A stretch of 64,000 nucleotides of DNA from an uncultured Clostridia bacterium (GCA_934167495.1 CAKPKP010000001.1:48904-112903); one strand, 5' to 3'; counted from the first letter of the stretch, positions 36,487 to 46,960 are shown. Program-made: numbers and translations. The notes: generated by a model from the letters alone, not told the origin.

Positions 36487-38850
36487 TTATTTATTTGAAG
36501 TTGTATCACTATGTTTATTTGTTCCTAATTTAAATGATATTGCATCTTCATTATCAAAGAAATATTTAGAATCAGTTATGTTAGTTTGAATAGGGTCCAT
36601 ATCATTTGGATTTTCAGGATTATTATTAAAGTTAATGTTTTTTAAATCAAATTTATTTTTAAATAATCTATTTTGTGAAGAATTCATTTTGTCCTCTTCA
36701 GTTTGAATTCCATTTGTAAATTTAGCAAAATTATATGTTTTAATTTTTTGTTTTTCTTTATACTTTGATTCTAGGAAATCAACTTTACCAGCACCAACAA
36801 TGTTTTTACCTTTTAGATCTTTAGTTTTATATATAAGTGCTTTAAATTTCAAACCTTGAATTTTACCAGCTTTATAATTTGCTTTCCATGCCCATTCAAT
36901 ATCTTTATATTTTTGATCATAAGTACCATCTTTAGTATTATAATCATTCTTAAATTTCCATTCTCTTTTTTCACCTAAATCTTTTTCCCACCAAGCATTA
37001 TCTTCAGGAGTGTTATTACCAAATACCATTTTTGTAGAGCAGTTTGCAACTATTGTTTGTCTGTAATTATCACCATCTGCTTTACCAAATTGAGAAAGGT
37101 TTTGAGCAGATATAATTGTTCCAACTCTATATTTTCTATACAATGTGAAGATATCTTCTGTAGCTCTACATACAAATGTAGGGAATTCATCAATATATAA
37201 GAAGTGAGGTATTCTAGTTTTTTCATTGCCTGGTCTTGATAAAACAGAGTGTTGCATTAATAATAAGAAGAATAGACCAAAAGCTTTATTTGTTATGGCA
37301 CCTAAATCACCTCTACGAGTACAAACGAAAACAACTTCACCATTTTTAAGTACTTTATCGTAATCAAGGTTATTATATCTATTACATAATATTGATTTAA
37401 CACCAGGGTATCTTAATAAAGTTTCAAGTTGAGAAGTAGCAGCTTGAATATATTTTTCTGCATTTTCTCTATTAACACCATTTCTATAGAAGTTCTTTTC
37501 ACAATAACCAATTTGAATAGAATATTGTTCAGATAAATATTCATCTTTTTTCATTTCTTCACACATTTTTTCTATTAAACTAAAGTTATTAAATAATTTT
37601 AATAAATCTTCTAAAGTAGGTAGGGCATTATCAGTTCTTCTTAAATAAACTTCTTTTAAAAGTAAACTTAAATTTTCAATTGCTTGAAAAGCAAAGTTTT
37701 GCATAAAAGCTTCTTCAGGAATAACATTTGATGTATCATACATTCTTTTTAGTACTGAAGAAATTGCTATAGAAGTTTTGATTGGATCTTTATATACGAA
37801 AGGATTTAAACCTATTGAATCTGGATTATTTGGATCAATTAAGTGATACTTAACATGATAGTTTTTAGCAACTTTAACCATATGTTCTATAGATTCATAA
37901 TCAGGTGCTACATATGTAATACCTAAATTTTTGTATACCGTATGTTCATCATCATAGTGATATATTAATTTTTTCATATAAGTTTTATATATTTTTTCTT
38001 TATAAGAAATAGGTGTAAGCATATTTAAAGAAAAGTTTTCATTTATATATTCATTTGAATATGGTGTGTTTAATGTAGCAATACCAGTTTTTAAAGCAGT
38101 ATATCCCATTTCTTTAGCAGCTTCTGTAAAGAAACATTTTTTCTCAATATCTCTTGCAATCATTGGCTCAAATACCATTGAAGTTTTACCAGAGCCAGAT
38201 ACACCTACAACTAATGTTGCTTCAAATCTTCTAGCTTCAGGTGTTTTGACTATTTTACCATTATCACTATCTTTACAAAGTGCTATTTCACATGTATATG
38301 GACCCCAACCTTCTTTATTATCTGATAAGTTTATTCCAGTATAATCTGTTATAGAATCTTTAATATCTTTAACATCATCAACTTTAAAATATAAGAATTT
38401 AAATAAAGTAAAAAATGTTACCAAAGGTACATAACATGAAATTGCTGTAAAAGCAGGTTTTATTAAATCTCTAAAATTTAAAACTACTTCAATATAATTA
38501 GGGGCTGAAAGTAATAATAACCATCCAGCTTTATTAAGCCATTGTGTAAGCATTGAAATTCCAACTATATAAAGTGAAATTGCATACAAATAGAAAAATG
38601 TTAATTTTTTCTTTTTGTCACTTGCAAACTTAGAGGATGATGAAAATAAAAATGCAAAAACAGGACATGCAAGTGCAAATGTATATTGGAAAGGTCCCCA
38701 ATATGATACTGAAATTCCAGTGAAGCACATAAATAATATTTCAACTACTCTATCTACACACACATATATAGTGAGCAATGTTAAAATATATGTAAAAAAG
38801 GTATTTCTATCAGTTTTTAGTATTTTTAAAAATTTATCTAAATATTTCAA
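36487..38850 (-). CDS. polytopic membrane P-loop ATPase, TraG/VirD4 (type IV coupling protein)-like; orphan
   Basis: N-terminal ~200 aa with about 4-5 TM helices. Walker A VVGVSGSGKTS. Walker B FLYIDEFP. Then ISAQNLSQFGK, resembling the T4CP Q-motif. No other T4SS genes nearby. Confidence 0.4.
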   Translation of the reverse strand: MKYLDKFLKILKTDRNTFFTYILTLLTIYVCVDRVVEILFMCFTGISVSYWGPFQYTFALACPVFAFLFSSSSKFASDKKKKLTFFYLYAISLYIVGISMLTQWLNKAGWLLLLSAPNYIEVVLNFRDLIKPAFTAISCYVPLVTFFTLFKFLYFKVDDVKDIKDSITDYTGINLSDNKEGWGPYTCEIALCKDSDNGKIVKTPEARRFEATLVVGVSGSGKTSMVFEPMIARDIEKKCFFTEAAKEMGYTALKTGIATLNTPYSNEYINENFSLNMLTPISYKEKIYKTYMKKLIYHYDDEHTVYKNLGITYVAPDYESIEHMVKVAKNYHVKYHLIDPNNPDSIGLNPFVYKDPIKTSIAISSVLKRMYDTSNVIPEEAFMQNFAFQAIENLSLLLKEVYLRRTDNALPTLEDLLKLFNNFSLIEKMCEEMKKDEYLSEQYSIQIGYCEKNFYRNGVNRENAEKYIQAATSQLETLLRYPGVKSILCNRYNNLDYDKVLKNGEVVFVCTRRGDLGAITNKAFGLFFLLLMQHSVLSRPGNEKTRIPHFLYIDEFPTFVCRATEDIFTLYRKYRVGTIISAQNLSQFGKADGDNYRQTIVANCSTKMVFGNNTPEDNAWWEKDLGEKREWKFKNDYNTKDGTYDQKYKDIEWAWKANYKAGKIQGLKFKALIYKTKDLKGKNIVGAGKVDFLESKYKEKQKIKTYNFAKFTNGIQTEEDKMNSSQNRLFKNKFDLKNINFNNNPENPNDMDPIQTNITDSKYFFDNEDAISFKLGTNKHSDTTSNK

Positions 38851-39078
38851 TTATTTCACCACTTTCAAAATTATAATCATACATATATATTATCCTACAA
38901 AAATGCTAAAAAGACAATACATTTTATAAAAATAATTCTAATTTTCATAATAAATAATATCATATATTAAGTAATTTTTTTGTGAAATTACTTGAAAGTT
39001 TATTACAATATAAAATATAATAACAATATTGCATTATATTTTATATAAATGTACTTAAAAGATTGGAGAATATAAAAA

Positions 39079-40710
39079 ATGGAAGAAATAAAAAAAGATT
39101 CTAAAAAAGAAACTTTTATGCAGGGAGTAATGGCATTAATATTTTCTCAAGTTCTAATAAAAATATTAGGGTTAATATACAAAATATATTTGACAAATAG
39201 AGAAAATTTTGGGGATGCTGGTAATGCTATTTATAATAGTGGCTATCAAATATATGCATTACTTCTTACACTATCATCAATAGGAATACCAAATGCAATT
39301 TCAAAATTAGTATCTGAAAAATTGGCTAATGGAGATAGAGCTGGAGCTCATAGAGTTTTTAAAATAGCTTTTATAACATTTGCTATTTTAGGACTTATTG
39401 GAACTTGTGCACTCTTCTTTGGAGCAAATTTTATAGCAAAAGTTTGGCTTGCACAAGATAATGCAGAACTAACTCTTATGGCATTATCACCAGCAATATT
39501 TTTTGTATCAATAGCATCAGTAATAAGAGGATATTATAGCGGAATTTCAAAACTTAAGGTGTCTGCAAATTCTCAAACATACGAACAGTTATCTAAAACA
39601 ATACTAACAGTTATATTAGTAGAAATAGTTGCACATTTTACTGCTTCAAACACAAAATTAATGGCTGCTGGAGCAACGGTAGCAACTTCACTTGCTACAT
39701 TTTTTAGTTTCTTCTATTTATATATGTGTTATAAAATTGAAAAGAAACAGGACAAAAAAATAATTCATGTAAAAGAAAATAATAAAGTAAAAGGAGAAAC
39801 TGTAATATCAGTACTAAAAAAAATATTAGCAGTTTCAATCCCGATTTCTATAACAGCATTATTGTCATCAATAAATAAGAATGTAGATTCATTTACAGTA
39901 GTAAGATTTTTAACTCCAACATTAGGATATGATACTGCAACAAAATTGTATGGAATATTAGGAGGAAAAGTAGATACTTTAACTTCATTACCTTTATCTT
40001 TTAATGTAGCTTTTGCAACAGCATTAGTTCCAGCATTAGCAACTGCTAAAGTAAAAAATGATACTAATACTATTAATAGAAGAATAAGTTTTTCATTAAT
40101 GCTAACTATATTAATAGGATTACCATGCACTATAGGAATGGCTTTATTTGCAAATGAAATATTGCTAATATTATTTCCAGCTACTCCAGAAGGAGGAGTT
40201 TTACTTGCAATTTCTGCTTTTACAATAATATTTACAGTATTGTCTCAAACAATAAATGGTGCTTTACAAGGATTAGGAAAAGTAAAAATTCCAGCTATAG
40301 CACTAGGATGTGGTGTGTTTGCTAAAATTTTATGTAATGTTTTTTTAATTCCAACAGTACTTGGTGCTAACGCTGCAGCACTTGGCTCTGTAATATGTCA
40401 CATAATCGCTTTTACAATCGGATATATAGCTCTTAGAAAAACAGTGAAACTTAATTTTAGTTTAATAAGATTATTAGTAAAACCATGTATAGCAACAGGA
40501 ATAATGGCAATAATATCATATAACTTATATAAAATATTATTAAATGTAGTAAGTGTTAGACTTTCTGCAATTATTGCTATGGTAGTAGCTGTAATTATAT
40601 ATGTTATTTTAATTATTGTATTAAAAGTATTATCAAAAGAAGACATGAAATCATTGCCATTCGGAGATAAAATATGTAGAATTTTAGAAAAATTAAAAAT
40701 TTATAAATAA
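39079..40710 (+). CDS. MOP-superfamily flippase (SpoVB / MurJ-like polysaccharide biosynthesis protein)
   Basis: 543 aa with about 14 TM helices. N-terminus KDSKKETFMQGVMALIFSQVLIKILGLIYKIYLTN is typical of SpoVB/MurJ. Confidence 0.65.
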   Translation: MEEIKKDSKKETFMQGVMALIFSQVLIKILGLIYKIYLTNRENFGDAGNAIYNSGYQIYALLLTLSSIGIPNAISKLVSEKLANGDRAGAHRVFKIAFITFAILGLIGTCALFFGANFIAKVWLAQDNAELTLMALSPAIFFVSIASVIRGYYSGISKLKVSANSQTYEQLSKTILTVILVEIVAHFTASNTKLMAAGATVATSLATFFSFFYLYMCYKIEKKQDKKIIHVKENNKVKGETVISVLKKILAVSIPISITALLSSINKNVDSFTVVRFLTPTLGYDTATKLYGILGGKVDTLTSLPLSFNVAFATALVPALATAKVKNDTNTINRRISFSLMLTILIGLPCTIGMALFANEILLILFPATPEGGVLLAISAFTIIFTVLSQTINGALQGLGKVKIPAIALGCGVFAKILCNVFLIPTVLGANAAALGSVICHIIAFTIGYIALRKTVKLNFSLIRLLVKPCIATGIMAIISYNLYKILLNVVSVRLSAIIAMVVAVIIYVILIIVLKVLSKEDMKSLPFGDKICRILEKLKIYK

Positions 40711-40892
40711 AATTCACTAAACTGAAACCCAGTAAAATAGCGGACTACAGGACTTGAACAAAATGAAACTATTGAAAATACTGATTTTTTTGAAACAAAA
40801 ATAAAAAAAAAGAAGGATTTTAGCTAAGTTTGGCGAATAAGTATAATGTAGATATAAGTTCTACATACTAAAATCTATTAGGAGGTAAAAAA

Positions 40893-41171
40893 ATGAACAA
40901 AGCTGAATTAATCGCAGCAATAGCTGCAAAAACAGGTGAAACAAAAAAGAGTGCTGAAGAAACAATCAATGCATTCGTAGACGTAGTAACAGAATCTTTA
41001 ACAAAAGGAGACAAAGTACAATTAGTTGGATTTGGTTCTTTTGAAGTAAGAAAAAGAGCAGCTAGAAAAGGAAGAAACCCACAAACTAAAGAAGAAATAA
41101 AAATACCTGCATCAAAAGCTCCAGTATTCAAAGCTGGTAAAGCATTAAAAGATTTAGTAAATAAAAAATAA
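40893..41171 (+). CDS. hup: DNA-binding protein HU
   Basis: MNKAELIAAIAAKTG...GFGSFEVRKRAARKGRNPQT is the canonical HU sequence. Confidence 0.9.
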   Translation: MNKAELIAAIAAKTGETKKSAEETINAFVDVVTESLTKGDKVQLVGFGSFEVRKRAARKGRNPQTKEEIKIPASKAPVFKAGKALKDLVNKK

Positions 41172-41204
41172 GAGAATTTAATATATTAATATGAATTCAT
41201 ATTA

Positions 41205-41241
41205 GAAGATGTTAGAAAATGTTTTAACATCTTCTTTTTTG
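41205..41241 (+). terminator. rho-independent terminator after hup
   Basis: GAAGATGTTA...TAACATCTTC plus TTTTTT. Confidence 0.7.
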
Positions 41242-41319
41242 TAAAATTAGTATTGAAAAAATAAAAATATTGTAATATAATAATAAAATCGAATTTAGAA
41301 AGAAAAGGGGAAGTATAAA

Positions 41320-42762
41320 ATGAAAAAAGATTTTAGAAAAACAAAAATTATTTGTACTATAGGACCAGCTAGTGAAAGCAAAGAAATGTTAACAGGCCTT
41401 ATGAAAGCAGGAATGAATGTAACAAGAATTAACTTTTCACATGGTGGATATGAAGAAAATGCTGTTAAAATAGCTACAATAAAAGAAACAAGAGATGAAT
41501 TAGGATTACCAATAGCATTAGTATTAGATACAAAAGGTCCAGAAATAAGAACAGGTAAATTAGAATCAGGAGATGTTAAAGTAAAAATAGAAGAAGGTGC
41601 TACATTTACATTCTTATATGAAGATGTAATAGGAAATGAAACAAAAGCTTCTATTAGTTATAAAGGTTTATCAGAAGATGTAAAACCAGGATCTAGAATA
41701 TTAGTAGATGATGGTGCTATTGAATTCGAAGTACAAGAAATTGTTGGAAAAGATGTTGTTTGCAAAGCTTTAAATACAGGTATGCTTGGAAGTAGAAAAA
41801 CAGTTAATGTTCCAGGATTAAAATTAAACTTACCTGCATTAGCTCAAAAAGATATAGATGATATAACAAATGGTGTAAAAGCTGGATTTGATTATATTGC
41901 AGCTTCATTTGTAAGAAGAGCATCAGATGTACAAGAAATAAGAAACTTATTAGATGCTAATGGTGGACAAAAAGTAAAAATAATTTCAAAAATAGAAAGC
42001 CAAGAAGGTATAGATAATTTTGAAGAAATATTAGCTTTATCAGATGGTATAATGGTAGCTCGTGGAGATATGGCTGTTGAAGTTCCATTTGAACAAGTTC
42101 CAGTTATTCAAAAACATTTTATTAAAAGATGTAATGAAGTTGGAAAACCAGTTGTTACAGCTACACAAATGTTAGAATCTATGACAGCTAACCCAAGAGC
42201 AACAAGAGCTGAAGTAAGTGACGTTGCAAATGCTATATATGATAGAACAGGTGATATAATGTTATCTGGAGAATCTGCAATGGGTAAACACCCAATTACT
42301 TGTGTTGAAACAATGGTTAAAATAGCTAAAGTTGTTGAAAACGACTTAAATTACTGGAAGAGATTTAATAATTCAGATGTAAAAATGGATGAAAAAGATT
42401 TAGAAAGAAACATTTCATATATTACATGTGAAACAGCTAAAAACCTAAAAGCAGATGCAATAATTGCATATACTCATTCTGGAAATTCAGCTAGAAGATT
42501 ATCAGGAATGGGACCAGCTTGCCCAATATTTGCAATAACTGATGATAAGAAAACATTCTATCAATTAGGACTTTCTGCAAATGTTAATCCAATATATATT
42601 GAAGGAAAAGCAAGCATAGATGAAACTATAAATGCTGGTATAGAAAAATTAAAAGCAGATGGAATATTAGAATCAGGTGATGTTGCTATAATATCAGGTG
42701 GAGCTAAAATATTACAAAATAATACAGAAAACAAAATAATAGACGGAATATTAAAGATTTAA
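41320..42762 (+). CDS. pyk: pyruvate kinase
   Basis: RKTKIICTIGPAS, NFSHG and MVARGDMAVE match pyruvate kinase motifs. Confidence 0.9.
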   Translation: MKKDFRKTKIICTIGPASESKEMLTGLMKAGMNVTRINFSHGGYEENAVKIATIKETRDELGLPIALVLDTKGPEIRTGKLESGDVKVKIEEGATFTFLYEDVIGNETKASISYKGLSEDVKPGSRILVDDGAIEFEVQEIVGKDVVCKALNTGMLGSRKTVNVPGLKLNLPALAQKDIDDITNGVKAGFDYIAASFVRRASDVQEIRNLLDANGGQKVKIISKIESQEGIDNFEEILALSDGIMVARGDMAVEVPFEQVPVIQKHFIKRCNEVGKPVVTATQMLESMTANPRATRAEVSDVANAIYDRTGDIMLSGESAMGKHPITCVETMVKIAKVVENDLNYWKRFNNSDVKMDEKDLERNISYITCETAKNLKADAIIAYTHSGNSARRLSGMGPACPIFAITDDKKTFYQLGLSANVNPIYIEGKASIDETINAGIEKLKADGILESGDVAIISGGAKILQNNTENKIIDGILKI

Positions 42763-42820
42763 TTATAGAATATTATATTAGTTACCCAAAAGAATCAATA
42801 TTGTTTAACAGTATTGGTTC

Positions 42821-42910
42821 TTTTTTTATATTATAGGAAAGTTCTCTGAACTTCCTATAATATAAATATATTGCACAGAAATTTGCTTTGCAAATTTCAA
42901 AAGCAAATAA
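42821..42910. repeat. copy of the intergenic repeat family (hairpin plus AAATTTGC-N3-GCAAATTT palindrome)
   Basis: TATATTATAGGAAAGTTCTCTGAACTTCCTATAATATAAATATATTGCACAGAAATTTGCTTTGCAAATTTC. Confidence 0.85.
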
Positions 42911-43011
42911 TTAATAAATATTCAACACAGGTTACATAATATAGACAAAATTTAAAAAATATGGTAAAATATTCTTATTGGAAATATTTTTATAAAGATA
43001 GGAGTAATAAT

Positions 43012-44529
43012 ATGAATTTAAAGAAAAAAATAATTTTTCTAGTTTTTATTATATCGTTCTTTAGTATTGGAAATTTAGCTTATGCTAAAGAAAATGATTA
43101 TACAAATTTACCAACAAAATACATAAATGGAAAAGAAGTAATATACGGAATAGATGGTAAACAAAATACAGTTGGTGAAGTTATAAATAGTAATAATTTT
43201 AATTCTAAATATACTGTAAAAGCATTTAAAAATAATATAGAATTAACAAGTAGTCAACGATTAGGAACTAATACTATATTAAGGATTTATGATAAAAATA
43301 ATATAGTAAAAGAATATAATGTATTATTGTATGGAGATGTAATAGGGGATGGAAACATATCATCAATAGATTCTCTAGCAATAGTAAAAAATAAACTTCA
43401 AAAAATTAAAATTACTGATGAAATTAATTTAGAGGCAGGAAGAATAATGGTAGATGAAAGAGAAAGTAAAAAAATACCAGATTCAATAGATGCATTAGCA
43501 ATTGTAAAATACAAACTAGGAAAATATGAAATAGAACAAGGTAAGAAAATAGATAATAAAGATGACGATAAAAATGATAACAAAGATGATAATAAAAATG
43601 AGAATGAAGATATAACAATAGATACTAATACTCCTGTTGGAAAACATGGAAAATTATCAGTTGTTGGAAAAAATCTTGTAGATAAAAATTTAAATAATTA
43701 TCAATTAAAAGGTGTAAGTACTCATGGAATAGCATGGTTCCCTCAATATGTAAATAAAGATACTTTTAAATACATGAGAGATGAATGGGGAATAAATGTT
43801 GTAAGATTAGCTATGTATAGTGATCCAAATGCAGGATATTCATTGCAACAACATAAAGTTGTAAAAGCAGGAGTACAATATGCTACAGAACTTGGAATGT
43901 ATGTTATAATAGACTGGCATATATTAAGTGACGGAAATCCTAATATATATAAAACTCAAGCTATTAGTTTCTTTACAGAAATGACAAATGAATATAAAAA
44001 TAATGATAATGTAATTTATGAAATATGTAATGAACCAAATGGAGATGTTCAATGGAGTAGAGATATAAAACCATATGCAGAAGAAGTTATAGCAAAAATT
44101 AGAGAAATAGATTCAGATGCAATTATTATATGTGGTACGCCAACATGGTCACAAGATGTAGATATAGTAGCAAATGATCCTATTAAGGGGTATAAGAATA
44201 TAATGTATACTTTACATTTTTATGCTGGAACTCATAAAGAATATTTAAGAAATAAGGCGAAAGTTGCTATAGATGCAGGTTTACCTTTATTTGTAACAGA
44301 ATTTGGTATATCTGATGCATCAGGAAATGGAAAATTAGATGAACAAGAAGGAAATGTATGGATAGACTTTTTAAATAAAAATAATATTAGTTGGGTTTGT
44401 TGGAATTTGTCAAACAAAAATGAAAGTTCATCTTTAATTTCTTCAAGTACAAATAAGATAACGAATTGGAATGATACTGAGCTTTCAGATGAAGGAAGAT
44501 GGTTGATAAATGCTATAAAAAGAAAATAA
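43012..44529 (+). CDS. secreted glycoside hydrolase family 5 endoglucanase with N-terminal dockerin-like repeat pair
   Basis: ORF track 43002..44529 refined to the ATG at 43012 (MNLKKKIIFLVF). GDVIGDGNISSIDSLAIVKNKL is a dockerin-type Ca-binding loop. VSTHGIAWFP, ICNEPNG and VTEFG match GH5 catalytic motifs. Confidence 0.8.
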   Translation: MNLKKKIIFLVFIISFFSIGNLAYAKENDYTNLPTKYINGKEVIYGIDGKQNTVGEVINSNNFNSKYTVKAFKNNIELTSSQRLGTNTILRIYDKNNIVKEYNVLLYGDVIGDGNISSIDSLAIVKNKLQKIKITDEINLEAGRIMVDERESKKIPDSIDALAIVKYKLGKYEIEQGKKIDNKDDDKNDNKDDNKNENEDITIDTNTPVGKHGKLSVVGKNLVDKNLNNYQLKGVSTHGIAWFPQYVNKDTFKYMRDEWGINVVRLAMYSDPNAGYSLQQHKVVKAGVQYATELGMYVIIDWHILSDGNPNIYKTQAISFFTEMTNEYKNNDNVIYEICNEPNGDVQWSRDIKPYAEEVIAKIREIDSDAIIICGTPTWSQDVDIVANDPIKGYKNIMYTLHFYAGTHKEYLRNKAKVAIDAGLPLFVTEFGISDASGNGKLDEQEGNVWIDFLNKNNISWVCWNLSNKNESSSLISSSTNKITNWNDTELSDEGRWLINAIKRK

Positions 44530-44559
44530 CCTCTTAGATATCTACAGATTATGTAGCTA

Positions 44560-44780
44560 TTATAAGTAAAGACGGAGGATATTATCTTATTGATCCAAAT
44601 GATACAAACATAATTAAAACAGGAGATAGAATTATATTTGGAAAAAATATAGTGATGATACATATTACTCTATTAATGAGTACAAGAAAACAATAGAGGA
44701 ACAGATGCAGTACCATCTGCAATAGATGCTTTGATGATTGTAAAACATAAACTAGGTAAATATAGAATTGTTCAATAAAA
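44560..44780 (+). pseudogene. degraded remnant containing a dockerin-like fragment
   Basis: Out-of-frame pieces ...NGTDAVPSAIDALMIVKHKLGKYRIVQ* repeat the IDALAIVKYKLGKYEIEQ segment of the upstream GH5 gene. Confidence 0.4.
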
Positions 44781-44984
44781 ATGGAAAATAAAAAGTTCAC
44801 TTAGTAATAATAAAAATATAATAAGTGAACTTTTTAATATATTATTTGATATATTATAGAAAATTTTTCAAAAATTCAAAATTATTTTTATAAATATGTA
44901 TTGCAAAAAGAAATAATATACTGTAAAATAAAAATGAAGTAAAAAATAAAGGAGATGTAAACAAATGAAAAGCGTTGGCGCTGT

Positions 44985-45006
44985 AGAGAGAGAGAGAGAG
45001 AGAGAG
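44985..45006 (+). repeat. (AG)11 dinucleotide tract between the strong RBS/ATG (44965) and the body of the surface-protein gene
   Basis: AGAGAGAGAGAGAGAGAGAGAG read directly from the sequence. Flanked by GCTGT and CTATAC. Confidence 0.95.
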
Positions 45007-45034
45007 CTATACTTTAAGAAATAGAGAAAAAACA

Positions 45035-46960
45035 ATGTATAACAATGAAGCAAGGGACATTTTTAAAAATGGCTCTATTTTTGGTGTAAAAAAACAAGAG
45101 TCGGCAATAACATTAATAGCATTAGTTTTAACAATCGTGGTATTATTAATATTAGCAGGAATAACGTTAAATGCAGTTATTGGAGAAAATGGAATATTAG
45201 ATAAATCAAAAACAGCAGCGAATGAATATAAAATAGCACAATATAAGGAAAGAATAGAAATAATAACAGCAGGGGAACAATCTAAAAAGATAATTGATAA
45301 TTTACCTAAATCTTTAAAAGATTTAGTAGTAGAAAGATTAGAAAGTGAAGAAAATGCTTATTGGGTAAAAACAGTAAAAACAACTGAAGAAGATCCAGAA
45401 CTAGAAGAAAATCAAATAAAAGTAATAACACAAGATAAATATATAATAGTAGCAGAAATAGAAGACGGAAAAGTAACATTTATAACAATAGAAATAGATA
45501 ATGGAGAGCCTTATCCAAGTCTAGAAGCAGAAGTAATGCCACTAGAAGGACAAGAAGATGAAAATATAAAAATAAAAGTAAACGCAGAGGTAGGAAAAAC
45601 AAGTAAAACTACAAAAATAGATACAATAGAATTAATAAAAGAAGGAACAGTGCTAGAAACAAGAAATTATAATGAATTGCAAGTAAACGACACATTTGAA
45701 GTAGAAGAAAATGGAACATATAGAATAAAAGCAACAACAAATCAAAAAAGAAGTACTAGTAGAAAAGTAGAAGTAAATGTACAATCAATAGAAAGTTCAA
45801 TACAGATAAGTGCAGAACCAACAACAGAAATAGCAAGAAATACAGAGAATCCAGGAACAAAAAATGGAATAGAAACTGGACCAATAACAGTAACAATAAA
45901 GTATGAAGAAATAGGATTACAGAAACAATATAGTATAGATGGAGCGAATTGGATAAATATAGAAGAAACAACTGTAAAGATACCAGTAACAGAAAACATA
46001 AAAATAAAAGCAAGATATACAGATGGAAGTAATTCATACAAATTAACAAAATATGATGTACAAAATGTAGATAATATAGCACCAACATTTACAAAATATG
46101 ATGCAACAGTAAAAGAAACAACAATAACAGCAACAGGTGAAGCAACAGATACAGCAAGTGAGGGAGCAAAAAGCGGAATAGAAGGAATATTAAAATACGA
46201 ATATAGTATAGATGGAGAAAATTATCAAAATGAAAATACATTTACAGTAACAGTATCAGGAAATTATACAATATATATAAAAGCTATAGACAAAGCTGGA
46301 AACGAAACAATAGTAAGTAAAACAGTGGAAGTTGCAATTTATACAATAACTTATGATGCGAACGGTGGAACTGGTGCACCAGAAGCTCAAATAAAAATAG
46401 GAGGACAAGATTTAATATTAAGTTCTACTTATCCAACAAAATCAGGATACGCTTTTGCAGGTTGGGCAGAAAATGATAAAACTATTGCAGAATATACAAC
46501 TGAAAGCGTATATAGTAAAGATAAAGATGCTTATTTTTATGCAGTATGGATTAAATCAAGTATTAATTTTAGTAGTAGTAGTGAAGTTGAAAAAGAATGC
46601 AAATTGGGTGTTAGTCCACTTTTTCCAGTGGGTACTAAAATAACTTATAGTATATCTGCTTATTATGTAGTTACAGGTATGGATAATGGACATTCAATTT
46701 ATCAACAGCAAGGTTTTGACTTAGCAACAACAACACCATCAACAACAGGAGAATATGTAATAGTAGGAAAAACAGGTGGATATGTTCGTATAAATGAAAA
46801 TGTGGTAAGATCATCTGGTAGCTTTGTTACTAATAAAAATGGAGAAACTTTAAGTGTAGCTATCAAGGTACCAGAACATACTTCTAAAGGAACTTCTTCA
46901 GATAGTTATTATTGGACTAGAACTAATACGGTAAATCTTACTATAAAGATTTCTAATTGA
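45035..46960 (+). CDS. large surface protein: signal-anchor, Ig-like/FN3-like repeats, C-terminal Listeria-Bacteroides (InlB B-type) repeat
   Basis: Hydrophobic ITLIALVLTIVVLLILAGITL. YTITYDANGGTGAPE...SGYAFAGWAEND matches the B-repeat. The alternative upstream start at 44965 would be in frame if the AG tract gained one unit. Confidence 0.6.
   Translation: MYNNEARDIFKNGSIFGVKKQESAITLIALVLTIVVLLILAGITLNAVIGENGILDKSKTAANEYKIAQYKERIEIITAGEQSKKIIDNLPKSLKDLVVERLESEENAYWVKTVKTTEEDPELEENQIKVITQDKYIIVAEIEDGKVTFITIEIDNGEPYPSLEAEVMPLEGQEDENIKIKVNAEVGKTSKTTKIDTIELIKEGTVLETRNYNELQVNDTFEVEENGTYRIKATTNQKRSTSRKVEVNVQSIESSIQISAEPTTEIARNTENPGTKNGIETGPITVTIKYEEIGLQKQYSIDGANWINIEETTVKIPVTENIKIKARYTDGSNSYKLTKYDVQNVDNIAPTFTKYDATVKETTITATGEATDTASEGAKSGIEGILKYEYSIDGENYQNENTFTVTVSGNYTIYIKAIDKAGNETIVSKTVEVAIYTITYDANGGTGAPEAQIKIGGQDLILSSTYPTKSGYAFAGWAENDKTIAEYTTESVYSKDKDAYFYAVWIKSSINFSSSSEVEKECKLGVSPLFPVGTKITYSISAYYVVTGMDNGHSIYQQQGFDLATTTPSTTGEYVIVGKTGGYVRINENVVRSSGSFVTNKNGETLSVAIKVPEHTSKGTSSDSYYWTRTNTVNLTIKISN

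Noticed and set aside
45035-45200. Type IV pilin-like N-terminus on the 45035 surface protein
   Set aside because: The hydrophobic segment lacks the G/F-T-L-I-E prepilin cleavage signature and the Glu at +5. It was treated as a signal-anchor, not a pilin.
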